Below, piece by piece: positions 8,571-16,076 of a DNA stretch of 20,000 bases. The stretch comes from an uncultured virus (IMG/VR IMGVR_UViG_2061766007_000565) (taxonomy: Duplodnaviria > Heunggongvirae > Uroviricota > Caudoviricetes): the IMG/VR virus record IMGVR_UViG_2061766007_000565, one strand, 5' to 3'. Numbering within the stretch: position 1 is the first letter of the stretch; the number at the start of each line of letters is the position of its first letter. Both the position numbers and the translations under genes were made by a program. The notes beneath the pieces were generated by a model, which did no database searches, was not told where the DNA came from, and worked only from the letters and a program-made list of their open reading frames with translations.

Positions 8571-9521
8571 ATGGCTAAGAAGAACGCGAAGAACAGCAAC
8601 CTTCACAAGGCGAAGGATGTCAAGAACGACGAGTTCTACACTCAGATTTCCGATATTGAAAATGAAATGAATGCCTACTACGAACACAATCCGAATGTGT
8701 TTCGTGGTAAGACCATTCTCTGTCCATGTGATGANNNNNNNNNNNNNNNNNNNNNNNNNNNNNNNNNNNNNNNNNNNNNNNNNNNNNNNNNNNNNNNNNN
8801 NNNNNNCGGCCATGGGAAAAAGCTCGTTCTAACTGGCGATACCAACGGTAACGGGAAGATCGAAGCAGATGACATCGTTGCAACTGAAATGAAAGGCAAT
8901 GGCGACTTCAATAGTCCGGAAGTCAAGAAGCTTCTGGAAGAAGCTGATTTCGTGATCACGAATCCTCCGTTCTCTCTGTTCCGTGAATTCATTGCATGGA
9001 TTATGGAAAGTGGGAAGAAGTTCTCGATCATCGGGAATACCAATGCTATTACTTACAAGGAAGTGTTCCCCCTGATCAAGGACAACAAGGTATGGCTTGG
9101 TTATGGGTTTCATCACGGGGATTCTTATTTCAAGGTCCCCGATAGCGCTGACACATCCAACTATGCGAAAGGCGTGTATGACCCGACAACCAAGTTGGTC
9201 CATTTTAGGAACTGCTGTTGGTTCACAAACATTGAACACAACAAGCGTCACGAACCGCAGGATCTCTGCACCAAGGCTCAATTGAAGAAGCGTGGTGTGG
9301 AATTCAAGAAGTATGACAACTATAATGCCATCGATGTTCCGAAGGGAAAATGGATCCCAAAGGATCACAAGGGTGTTATGGGTGTTCCGATCAGCTGGTT
9401 GGACAAGTATTGCCCCGAGCAGTTCGAAATCATCAAGTTCCGCAAGGGTGATGATGATAAGGACTTGTCTGTCAATGGTGAATGCCCTTACTTCCGCATC
9501 CTGATCAAGCACAAGTCCTAA
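8571..9521 (+). CDS. Adenine-specific DNA methyltransferase, EcoRI_methylase-like family (internal gap 8735-8806)
   Basis: N-terminal NL.KAK..KNDEFYTQ, ILCPCD, GNGDF.S.E, catalytic VITNPPFSLFREF, WFTN, YDNY.AIDV and MGVPISWLDKY.PEQFEI are typical of this family. Confidence 0.9.
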   Translation: MAKKNAKNSNLHKAKDVKNDEFYTQISDIENEMNAYYEHNPNVFRGKTILCPCDXXXXXXXXXXXXXXXXXXXXXXXXXGHGKKLVLTGDTNGNGKIEADDIVATEMKGNGDFNSPEVKKLLEEADFVITNPPFSLFREFIAWIMESGKKFSIIGNTNAITYKEVFPLIKDNKVWLGYGFHHGDSYFKVPDSADTSNYAKGVYDPTTKLVHFRNCCWFTNIEHNKRHEPQDLCTKAQLKKRGVEFKKYDNYNAIDVPKGKWIPKDHKGVMGVPISWLDKYCPEQFEIIKFRKGDDDKDLSVNGECPYFRILIKHKS

Positions 9522-9560
9522 CCAGAACCAACAACCACCAACTAAAAAGGAGAACAAACA

Positions 9561-10866
9561 TTGACCTATACTCAACTTCTCAACCTCTTCCAGTCTGTTC
9601 TTACTGCAAGTAAGACCCAGAATGGAACGGCATCCGCTTGTACCACGATCAAGATCCGCGATCTTATGAATGGTGCAATCTTCGTTGCCTCCGCGAACAA
9701 GGGCCTCTTCGCCCTCAACAATCACATCATTGTTCAGCCGACCTACCAGCGATATTACATCTATGGTAATGGCGTGCGTGACGTGAAGGTGATTGAATCC
9801 ATCATCAATGGACTTCCGATCGGCATGATCAGTCTTTATGTTCCGGGCACTCTTGCTCCGGACGGAATGCCGATGGCGGAAATTCTCGATGGTCAGCAGC
9901 GAATCACCACTATCATTCGGTATTGCACTCAGAAGTTCTCCGTGCCCATCCAGGGTAACCCCTTCAACTTCTACGCTCTTCCGACTGATATCCAGAACAA
10001 GATTCTCGATACGGAAATCCCGGCGAGCATCTGTGCTGGTACTCAGCAGATGAGGAACGAGTGGTTCAAAACGATCAATATGCAGGGTGTTGCTCTCACG
10101 AACATGGAGATTCTCAACTGTGTCTATTCCGGTGTGCAGGTGGAAGCTCTCAAGCAACTGTTCTCCCAGGCGACCCCGTACTTTTCCAACGTGGCATCCC
10201 GGTATATTAAGGGCGATCCGATTCGACAGGAAATCGAAGAGGCAGCCATTAAAATGGTGAATCCTGATGTGGAAGCTTATCTTTCCGCCAACCGGCTCAA
10301 TCCCAACGCATCTGCTGTGGACAAAAAGTTCCACGACGTGATTGACTGGGTCGACAATATCTTCCCCACGTATTACAAGGAAATGAAGGGACTGGATTGG
10401 GGTCGTCTTTACGACGAGTACAATTCCAAGCCCATCATCTCCGCTAATCTTGGGAAGACGGTTGACGATCTCATGGCGGATCCTTGTGTCACTTCCAAGA
10501 AGGGCGTGTTCGAATATGCCTTGCAGAAGGAATCCGGTGAAACTCCTGATCCCTCGCTGCTGCATATCCGACTCTTCGACGATGCGACTAAGCGTACGGT
10601 TTACGCTCAGCAGACCCAAGCGGCAACTGCAAATGGCGAATCCAACTGTCCGCTGTGCGCTGCTCTGGCAAACGGGAGCGACAAGACGAAGATCTACGAC
10701 ATCAAGGAAATGGATGCCGACCNNNNNNNNNNCAAGCGTACGGTTTACGCTCAGCAGACCCAAGCGGCAACTGCAAAGGGCGAATCCAACTGTCCGTTGT
10801 GTGCCGCTCTGGCAAGCGGGAGCGACAAGACGAAGATCTACGACATCAAGGAAATGGATGCCGACC
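9561..10866 (+). CDS. DUF262 (GmrSD/ParB-like) domain + C-terminal HNH-type nuclease, 3' end lost in gap
   Basis: TTG start after AAAAAGGAG. DUF262 motifs QPTYQRYYIY, ILDGQQRITT and WFKTINMQGVALT; NCPLCA...EMDAD leads into an HNH region. 10590-10722 is duplicated at 10734-10866, and the track's tail beyond 10876 is unrelated sequence. Confidence 0.85.
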
Positions 10867-10902
10867 NNNNNNNNNNTGATTTCTTTTGTCGAAGCTGGAC
10901 GA

Positions 10903-11388
10903 TTATTCGAAGTAGAACGTTTCCGTCTTGTCCAACAGTTCCTTGAACATGTCCTTGATACTCGGATCAAGTTCGAAGTTTCTGACGTATTCATTCCAGA
11001 CATCGTCCGAAACGTTCTTGGCAGGTTCAATGTCGAGCCATCTTTCCGGATCCATGAACCACTCGAGATCCGACCGAAGCTGATCAGCAATCTCGATCGC
11101 TTCGTCGAATTGCGATACGCGACTCCTGTCGAAGTTTCCACCGGCTGGAGCGTAGCTCAGAGTGGAGAGGGATTCCTTCAGTTTTTCCATCGAATTGAAG
11201 ACGTCTTCGAACAACGCGTTACCGGCGGCGTCCGCACCGAGTCGGAAATCATCCTCCTCGATGTACGAAACAGTTCTTTCGATTGCGCCGTCGTCGACGA
11301 GTTTCTTTCCTTCGTCGATGCATTTGTCCAAAAGCTTCACGTAGTCTTCATCGACTTCGCATTTGAGATTGATAACAGGCCAAACCAT
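10903..11388 (-). CDS. Acidic hypothetical protein, divergent allele or paralog of 16077..16628
   Basis: AAAAGGAG SD. MVWPVINLKCEVDEDYVKLLDKCIDEG aligns with MAWPVIKINCEIDKDYLELLDRCIKEA. Confidence 0.75.
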   Translation of the reverse strand: MVWPVINLKCEVDEDYVKLLDKCIDEGKKLVDDGAIERTVSYIEEDDFRLGADAAGNALFEDVFNSMEKLKESLSTLSYAPAGGNFDRSRVSQFDEAIEIADQLRSDLEWFMDPERWLDIEPAKNVSDDVWNEYVRNFELDPSIKDMFKELLDKTETFYFE

Positions 11389-11466
11389 TTGCATTCTCCT
11401 TTTCTGGTTCCTGGTTGAAGTTTATATTCGGCGTTCGAGCTCAGCGTTTCTTGTTTNNNNNNNNNN

Positions 11467-11598
11467 CACTGGAAGATGCTTGTACCACTTGTTGTACATG
11501 AAAGCCTCGCACATCTGATAGACGTCCGTGACTTCATGGCAGCTGACAAGTTCTTTCTTGGTGACGGCGGGCTGCGAAACGTATACAGTGTCGTGCCC
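11467..11598 (-). CDS. Internal fragment of a second allele of the lipoprotein 15251..15880
   Basis: GHDTVYVSQPAVTKKELVSCHEVTDVYQMCEAFMYNKWYKHLPV versus ...QPAGTKK... in 15251..15880; bounded by N gaps. Confidence 0.7.
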
Positions 11599-11989
11599 NN
11601 NNNNNNNNNNNNNNNNNNNNNNNNNNNNNNNNNNNNNNNNNNNNNNNNNNNNNNNNNNNNNNNNNNNNNNNNNNNNNNNNNNNNNNNNNNNNNNNNNNNN
11701 NNNNNNNNNNNNNNNNNNNNNNNNNNNNNNNNNNNNNNNNNNNNNNNNNNNNNNNNNNNNNNNNNNNNNNNNNNNNNNNNNNNNNNNNNNNNNNNNNNNN
11801 NNNNNNNNNNNNNNNNNNNNNNNNNNNNNNNNNNNNNNNNNNNNNNNNNNNNNNNNNNNNNNNNNNNNNNNNNNNNNNNNNNNNNNNNNNNNNNNNNNNN
11901 NNNNNNNNNNNNNNNNNNNNNNNNNNNNNNNNNNNNNNNNNNNNNNNNNNNNNNNNNNNNNNNNNNNNNNNNNNNNNNNNNNNNNNNNN

Positions 11990-12310
11990 AGCCTTCGAAA
12001 TCCTTCTTGCACTCGCAAAGCTAAGGAAGCCTTCCGACAGCACCGTCGAGTTCGACATCACCACGCTTATCTACAACTTGCTATTCTGGGGAGGTGCTCC
12101 AGGTGACAAGCTGGAAGAATTCCTCAAGCTGTTCGTGAACGAATACGGGCATTCGGCAGATGAGCTCGCCGAGATCATCGACGACACAGAGTTCGTTGGA
12201 CGGACGTATGATGGGAAGACCGAGTTCTTCGGTCGTGGTGGTAACTGGTATCATCCGGCCGACATTTACGAAATGTTCGAACGCCTCTTTCCCGGCCGCG
12301 GTCTTTTCCC
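11990..12310 (+). CDS. Internal fragment of a second allele of Fib_succ_major-like paralog 4
   Basis: LLFWGGAPGDKLEEFLKLFVNEYGH...FERLFPGRGLF is nearly identical to part of 14137..14994(-); bounded by N gaps. Confidence 0.75.
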
Positions 12311-12400
12311 NNNNNNNNNNNNNNNNNNNNNNNNNNNNNNNNNNNNNNNNNNNNNNNNNNNNNNNNNNNNNNNNNNNNNNNNNNNNNNNNNNNCCTTCGG

Positions 12401-12586
12401 TTAGGTTTTGCAGTACTCGACGGTGGTCACGACGGAAAGAAGGCAATGGGGTCCTTCAGAACAAGTCGTTGAGATGGACTTGACAACGATGTCAGGGGTC
12501 TCGATGAACTTGTTGAGATCTTCGTCGCGTTCTTCGGAACCGAGAGCGGTGTCGCTCATGTTATGGATGAACGTCTTGATCTTCAT
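12401..12586 (-). CDS. Small hypothetical protein (61 aa), KIKTF...DLNKFI motif, weakly Cse60/DUF2758-like
   Basis: AAAAGGAGG SD; shares its motif with 15005..15254. Confidence 0.65.
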   Translation of the reverse strand: MKIKTFIHNMSDTALGSEERDEDLNKFIETPDIVVKSISTTCSEGPHCLLSVVTTVEYCKT

Positions 12587-12613
12587 GTTTGTCCTCCTTT
12601 TGGTTGTTTGAGT

Positions 12614-12901
12614 TTAAAGCGTCACCTTGACGATGTCTTCGGTGATTTCCCACTTGATCCAAGTCGGCCACACTTCATCGCCAGGACTTTCGAGAGACTT
12701 GGTAGCGGCCACGGTGCTCCATTCTTCCTCGGAGAGGGTGTCGTCATCGTCATAAGATCTGCAATGATCATTGTAGTCTTCGACGATGAACTTTGCCGCT
12801 TCTTCCAGGGAGGAGAACGTCTTCGCAAAAGTGACGAGCTCCCCCTGTTGGTCAATGTATTCTGCGCAATGCGCGACCCAGACCGTGATCTCCTTTTCCA
12901 T
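12614..12901 (-). CDS. Acidic hypothetical protein (MEKEITVW...)
   Basis: AAAGGAGG SD before ATG at 12901. Confidence 0.7.
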   Translation of the reverse strand: MEKEITVWVAHCAEYIDQQGELVTFAKTFSSLEEAAKFIVEDYNDHCRSYDDDDTLSEEEWSTVAATKSLESPGDEVWPTWIKWEITEDIVKVTL

Positions 12902-12927
12902 TTTGTCCTCCTTTGTTGGGGTTGTTT

Positions 12928-13137
12928 CTACTTGACCAGGACCGATTCGACGATCCATGCGGTGGATCCGTCGTCCAGTTCCAGGACTTTTTCTTCGAAC
13001 AGTTCGTCGATCTGTTCGTCGGTAAGTCCTTCCTCTTTGCTGAGGTATTCCCTGACCTTGTCTCCGAGTTCTTCGAAGGAAACCAGAGTGGGTTCGTCGT
13101 CGAACTTGGTGAAAACGATGTTGTAGATCTTCTTCAT
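12928..13137 (-). CDS. Acidic hypothetical protein (69 aa)
   Basis: AAAGGAG SD and tight packing. Confidence 0.7.
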   Translation of the reverse strand: MKKIYNIVFTKFDDEPTLVSFEELGDKVREYLSKEEGLTDEQIDELFEEKVLELDDGSTAWIVESVLVK

Positions 13138-13155
13138 TTTGGTTCTCCTTTGGTT

Positions 13156-13362
13156 TTAGTCTTTGCGGATCACGTTCACAACATGACCCTTGGTGTCGTA
13201 AATCTCGACGGATTTGAACGAGCCTCCGTCGAAAAGCTGTTTTGCGACTTTGTTGGCAGCTTCGAGAGTCGTCGTCTTGATCATCCAGTTGTCTCCGTTC
13301 ACACCGATTCGATATTCGAACTTCGGGCTGACTCTCGTGTCTTCAGGTGGAAGTCCTTTCAT
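13156..13362 (-). CDS. Hypothetical protein (MKGLPPED...)
   Basis: AAAGGAG SD before ATG at 13362. Confidence 0.7.
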   Translation of the reverse strand: MKGLPPEDTRVSPKFEYRIGVNGDNWMIKTTTLEAANKVAKQLFDGGSFKSVEIYDTKGHVVNVIRKD

Positions 13363-13415
13363 TTTGTTCTCCTTTGTTGAGTGTGAGTTATATTTCCTTT
13401 CCAGGGGATCGATTT

Positions 13416-13736
13416 TTAATCCTCTACGGCAAAGGGGCATTTGACCCAGATGGAAATGCAGACCGGCTGACTCTTCTCATATTTATTATAATGAGTGAGT
13501 CCCCACTGATGATGTTCAATCCCGTCGTCGAGAAAACATTTCTCATCCTTGGTCATGTCCTCGATCCGATCAAGGTTGTTGCAAAAATTCTTGAAGCGAT
13601 CGTACGGAATCTTGTCATACGGATTGACATGGTCAAAACAACCAAATAGGTTTTTCTTCACCTCTTTCACATCGTCTTCTCTGAGCTTTTCGATGTTTTC
13701 GATGTAAAATCGGCAGCTGATGAGTTCAAAGTTCAT
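13416..13736 (-). CDS. Hypothetical protein (106 aa)
   Basis: AAAGGAG SD, co-oriented with its block. Confidence 0.7.
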   Translation of the reverse strand: MNFELISCRFYIENIEKLREDDVKEVKKNLFGCFDHVNPYDKIPYDRFKNFCNNLDRIEDMTKDEKCFLDDGIEHHQWGLTHYNKYEKSQPVCISIWVKCPFAVED

Positions 13737-13759
13737 TCGTTGGTCTCCTTTGCTGGTGG

Positions 13760-14008
13760 TTAGTCGGTCTGTTCTTCTTCGTTTTCAGGATGCGGTTTAT
13801 CCAAAAGTTTCATCTTCGAAATGAGCTGGATATTCACTTCTGCCAGATGAAGATAATACTCAGCATCTCTGACGAGATCATCTTCAGAGGATGGCTGTCC
13901 ACAGAGAACATGATTACCGTCCTGAATACACATCATGTCTCGCCCAGCCTTTTCCAGCATTTCGATCGCCGTATCCACGTGATGAATCGCATGATCGATG
14001 TTGTTCAT
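13760..14008 (-). CDS. Hypothetical helical protein (MNNIDHAIHH...EEEQTD)
   Basis: AAAGGAG SD before ATG at 14008; first gene after the promoter at 14098-14126. Confidence 0.7.
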   Translation of the reverse strand: MNNIDHAIHHVDTAIEMLEKAGRDMMCIQDGNHVLCGQPSSEDDLVRDAEYYLHLAEVNIQLISKMKLLDKPHPENEEEQTD

Positions 14009-14088
14009 CTTTTCTTGTTCTCCTTTGGTTAAAAAGTGCCTAGTCGTCACGCGTTTTTAATTTTCGTGTCGGGTGGACGTTCAGTCAT

Positions 14089-14126
14089 CAGTTGTTAAGT
14101 ATAGCTTAACAGCTGCTCGGCGTCAA
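14089..14126 (-). promoter_or_regulatory. Near-consensus sigma70 promoter with a palindrome over the -10 box
   Basis: Minus strand TTGACG (14126-14121), 17 nt spacer, TATACT (14103-14098). Dyad TGTTAAG-N5-CTTAACA at 14093-14111. Confidence 0.75.
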
Positions 14127-14136
14127 GAGGTTTTGG

Positions 14137-14994
14137 TTATGCCATGTTCCGGCAGATGAAGATAGACATCTTGCAGTACTCTGGATTGATTTCCTTCGTA
14201 CCGTCGTAATCTTCATTGATCAAGGGGTACAATGAGTCGGAAAACATCGCACTCAATTCGCCGTCTCGTTGGCAGATCACTCCATACAGCTGAGGTTCTT
14301 TGTGGATGAAAGCACTCGAGACCGGAAAGATGATGGCTCCGAAGTTCTTCTTGTTGAGAACACGACCGAACCGACCGGAGCGCACGAGATCGTCAAGTTC
14401 CTTTGGGGTGAGATGGAAATCGAAGAGACGTTCCATTTCACGGAGTGAGGGGAATCTCCACCCTTCCGGAAGAATCTTGTCTCTCTGAGAGACGAGAAGC
14501 TCCTCGATTTCTTTTTGGGTGCGCTGCTCGCCGACGGGAACTTTTACGAACTCGGCATCGTGGATGCGAATCGTTTCGTAGATCTTTCCGTCTCTCGGAT
14601 CCGTCCACGAACCTTTCGGATTCGGGAAAAGACCGCGGCCGGGAAAGAGGCGTTCGAACATTTCGTAAATGTCTGTCGTATCATAATAGTTAGCGCCTCG
14701 GCCGAAGATCGCGGTCTTCCCGCCATACGTTCGCGTAACGAACTCCGTGTCGTCGATGATCTCGGCAAGTTCATCTGTCGAATGCCCGTATTCGTTCACG
14801 AACAGCTTGAGGAATTCTTCCAGCTTGTCACCTGGAACACTGCCCCAGAAGAGCAAGTTGTAGATAAGCGTGGTGATGTCGAACTCGACGGTACTGTCGG
14901 AAGGCTTCCTTAGCTTTGCGAGTGCAAGAAGGATTTCGAAGGCCCCACATTCGTGAAGGATCGAACAATACTTCTTGGAGACGATGGATCTCCA
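14137..14994 (-). CDS. Unknown N-terminal domain + Fib_succ_major-like domain protein, paralog 4 (5' end lost in gap)
   Basis: The frame is open up to the gap (WRSIVSKKYCSILHECGAFEILLALAKL...LIYNLLFW). Contains FERLFPGRGLFP, GSWTDPRDGKIYETIRI, LPEGWRFPS and terminal SIFICRN. Confidence 0.8.
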   Translation of the reverse strand, partial: WRSIVSKKYCSILHECGAFEILLALAKLRKPSDSTVEFDITTLIYNLLFWGSVPGDKLEEFLKLFVNEYGHSTDELAEIIDDTEFVTRTYGGKTAIFGRGANYYDTTDIYEMFERLFPGRGLFPNPKGSWTDPRDGKIYETIRIHDAEFVKVPVGEQRTQKEIEELLVSQRDKILPEGWRFPSLREMERLFDFHLTPKELDDLVRSGRFGRVLNKKNFGAIIFPVSSAFIHKEPQLYGVICQRDGELSAMFSDSLYPLINEDYDGTKEINPEYCKMSIFICRNMA

Positions 14995-15004
14995 NNNNNN
15001 NNNN

Positions 15005-15254
15005 GAACGACAAGGTCAAGACCTTTACCTTCAACAGCTTTCGAAATGACAAAAAGTTCGCCGAGGAAATCGACACCGAGGTGAACAAGTTCATCAAGCA
15101 TGTCAAGGAAAACAACGGTTCTATCCACGACATCAAGATCGTTCCCGCTCCCGCGGAAGGTTTCCACATCATCTACCAGATCTTCTACAACATCTGGGAA
15201 CCGAAGAAGGAAACCAAGACCAAGAAGACCACGAAGAAGGGAGGTGCCCGATGA
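15005..15254 (+). CDS. Small hypothetical protein with basic tail, start lost in gap (NDKVKTF...EVNKFI)
   Basis: Open frame after the gap; ATGA overlap with the next gene; motif shared with 12401..12586. Confidence 0.65.
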
Positions 15255-15880
15255 AAATCGCAATGGCTCTGCTGCTCGCGGTGCTTGTTGGATGTTCCGC
15301 CACCAAGGCGCCGTCTTCCAATTCACCGCCCGCACAGCAATGCAATCCGATCGTGATCTCCGTCAGAGACACGGTTTACTTCCCGTATCCGATGCATGAT
15401 ACGGTGTATGTCCGGAAGACAGACAACGCTCGAGCGGTCAATTCCATCCAGGAAAGGATCGTCGACACTGTCTACATCCGCGGGCACGACACTGTATACG
15501 TTTCGCAGCCCGCCGGCACCAAGAAAGAACTTGTCAGCTGCCATGAAGTCACGGACGTCTACCAGATGTGCGAGGCTTTCATGTACAACAAGTGGTACAA
15601 GCATCTTCCGGTACCGGCCGATCCGATCTACACCACGGACCGCGACACGCTCGACACCGTGATCAGGGAACTCAACAGGGTCTGCCCGCAGAAAGCGAAG
15701 CTTACCCACTACGATTATCCGGTCGATCTCACTCCAGAAGACTACGTGATATGGCTCAGGCGTCTGGGCATTCCGGTCTCCAAGAGGTTCGAACGGATCG
15801 TCGTGAACCGGGAAGCAGGCGACTACGCGGAATTCCTGATCGGTGGAATCGTGGTACGGTATCAGTGCGTGCCGGATTAG
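15251..15880 (+). CDS. Predicted lipoprotein with four DTVY repeats (209 aa)
   Basis: MKIAMALLLAVLVG-C signal peptide and lipobox, P/S-rich tether, repeats RDTVY, HDTVY, VDTVY, HDTVY; GGAGG SD. Confidence 0.8.
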   Translation: MKIAMALLLAVLVGCSATKAPSSNSPPAQQCNPIVISVRDTVYFPYPMHDTVYVRKTDNARAVNSIQERIVDTVYIRGHDTVYVSQPAGTKKELVSCHEVTDVYQMCEAFMYNKWYKHLPVPADPIYTTDRDTLDTVIRELNRVCPQKAKLTHYDYPVDLTPEDYVIWLRRLGIPVSKRFERIVVNREAGDYAEFLIGGIVVRYQCVPD

Positions 15881-15932
15881 AAACATCAACCCTGGAGGGG
15901 TATCCAATCCCCTCCACCCAAAGGAGGTTTGC

Positions 15933-16025
15933 ATGAGCAAGAAAAACGAAGTGATCCTTCCATTCAACGACGTGTTCCAGGAACTTCTCAGAGATAGAAT
16001 TCCCTCTCGAAACAAGAAACGCTGA
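15933..16025 (+). CDS. 30-aa micro-protein MSKKNEVILPFNDVFQELLRDRIPSRNKKR
   Basis: AAAGGAGG SD after hairpin 15893-15916; paralog of 4480..4563. Confidence 0.8.
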   Translation: MSKKNEVILPFNDVFQELLRDRIPSRNKKR

Positions 16026-16076
16026 GCTCGAACGCCGAATATAAACTTCAACCAGGAACAAGAAAGGAGAAACCAC

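Larger units (their letters stand above)
10877..12310. repeat. Inverted, gapped, allelic copy of parts of 14624..16628
   Basis: 11407-11456 is the exact reverse complement of 16010-16059, 11467-11598 is approximately the reverse complement of 15482-15612, and 11991-12310 of 14624-14943. Confidence 0.85.

Noticed and set aside
14020..14095. Minus-strand CTGATGA...CGAAA in the 5' leader resembling a hammerhead ribozyme
   Set aside because: Stem II would close with a C-C mismatch and has only 3 bp, and no UH cleavage site or stem I partner can be formed.
11990..14943. 11990-12310 as a DGR template repeat for paralog 4
   Set aside because: Differences are not adenine-specific (C/T, G/C and others), the copy covers the middle of the gene rather than the 3' end, it stays in frame, and no reverse transcriptase is present.
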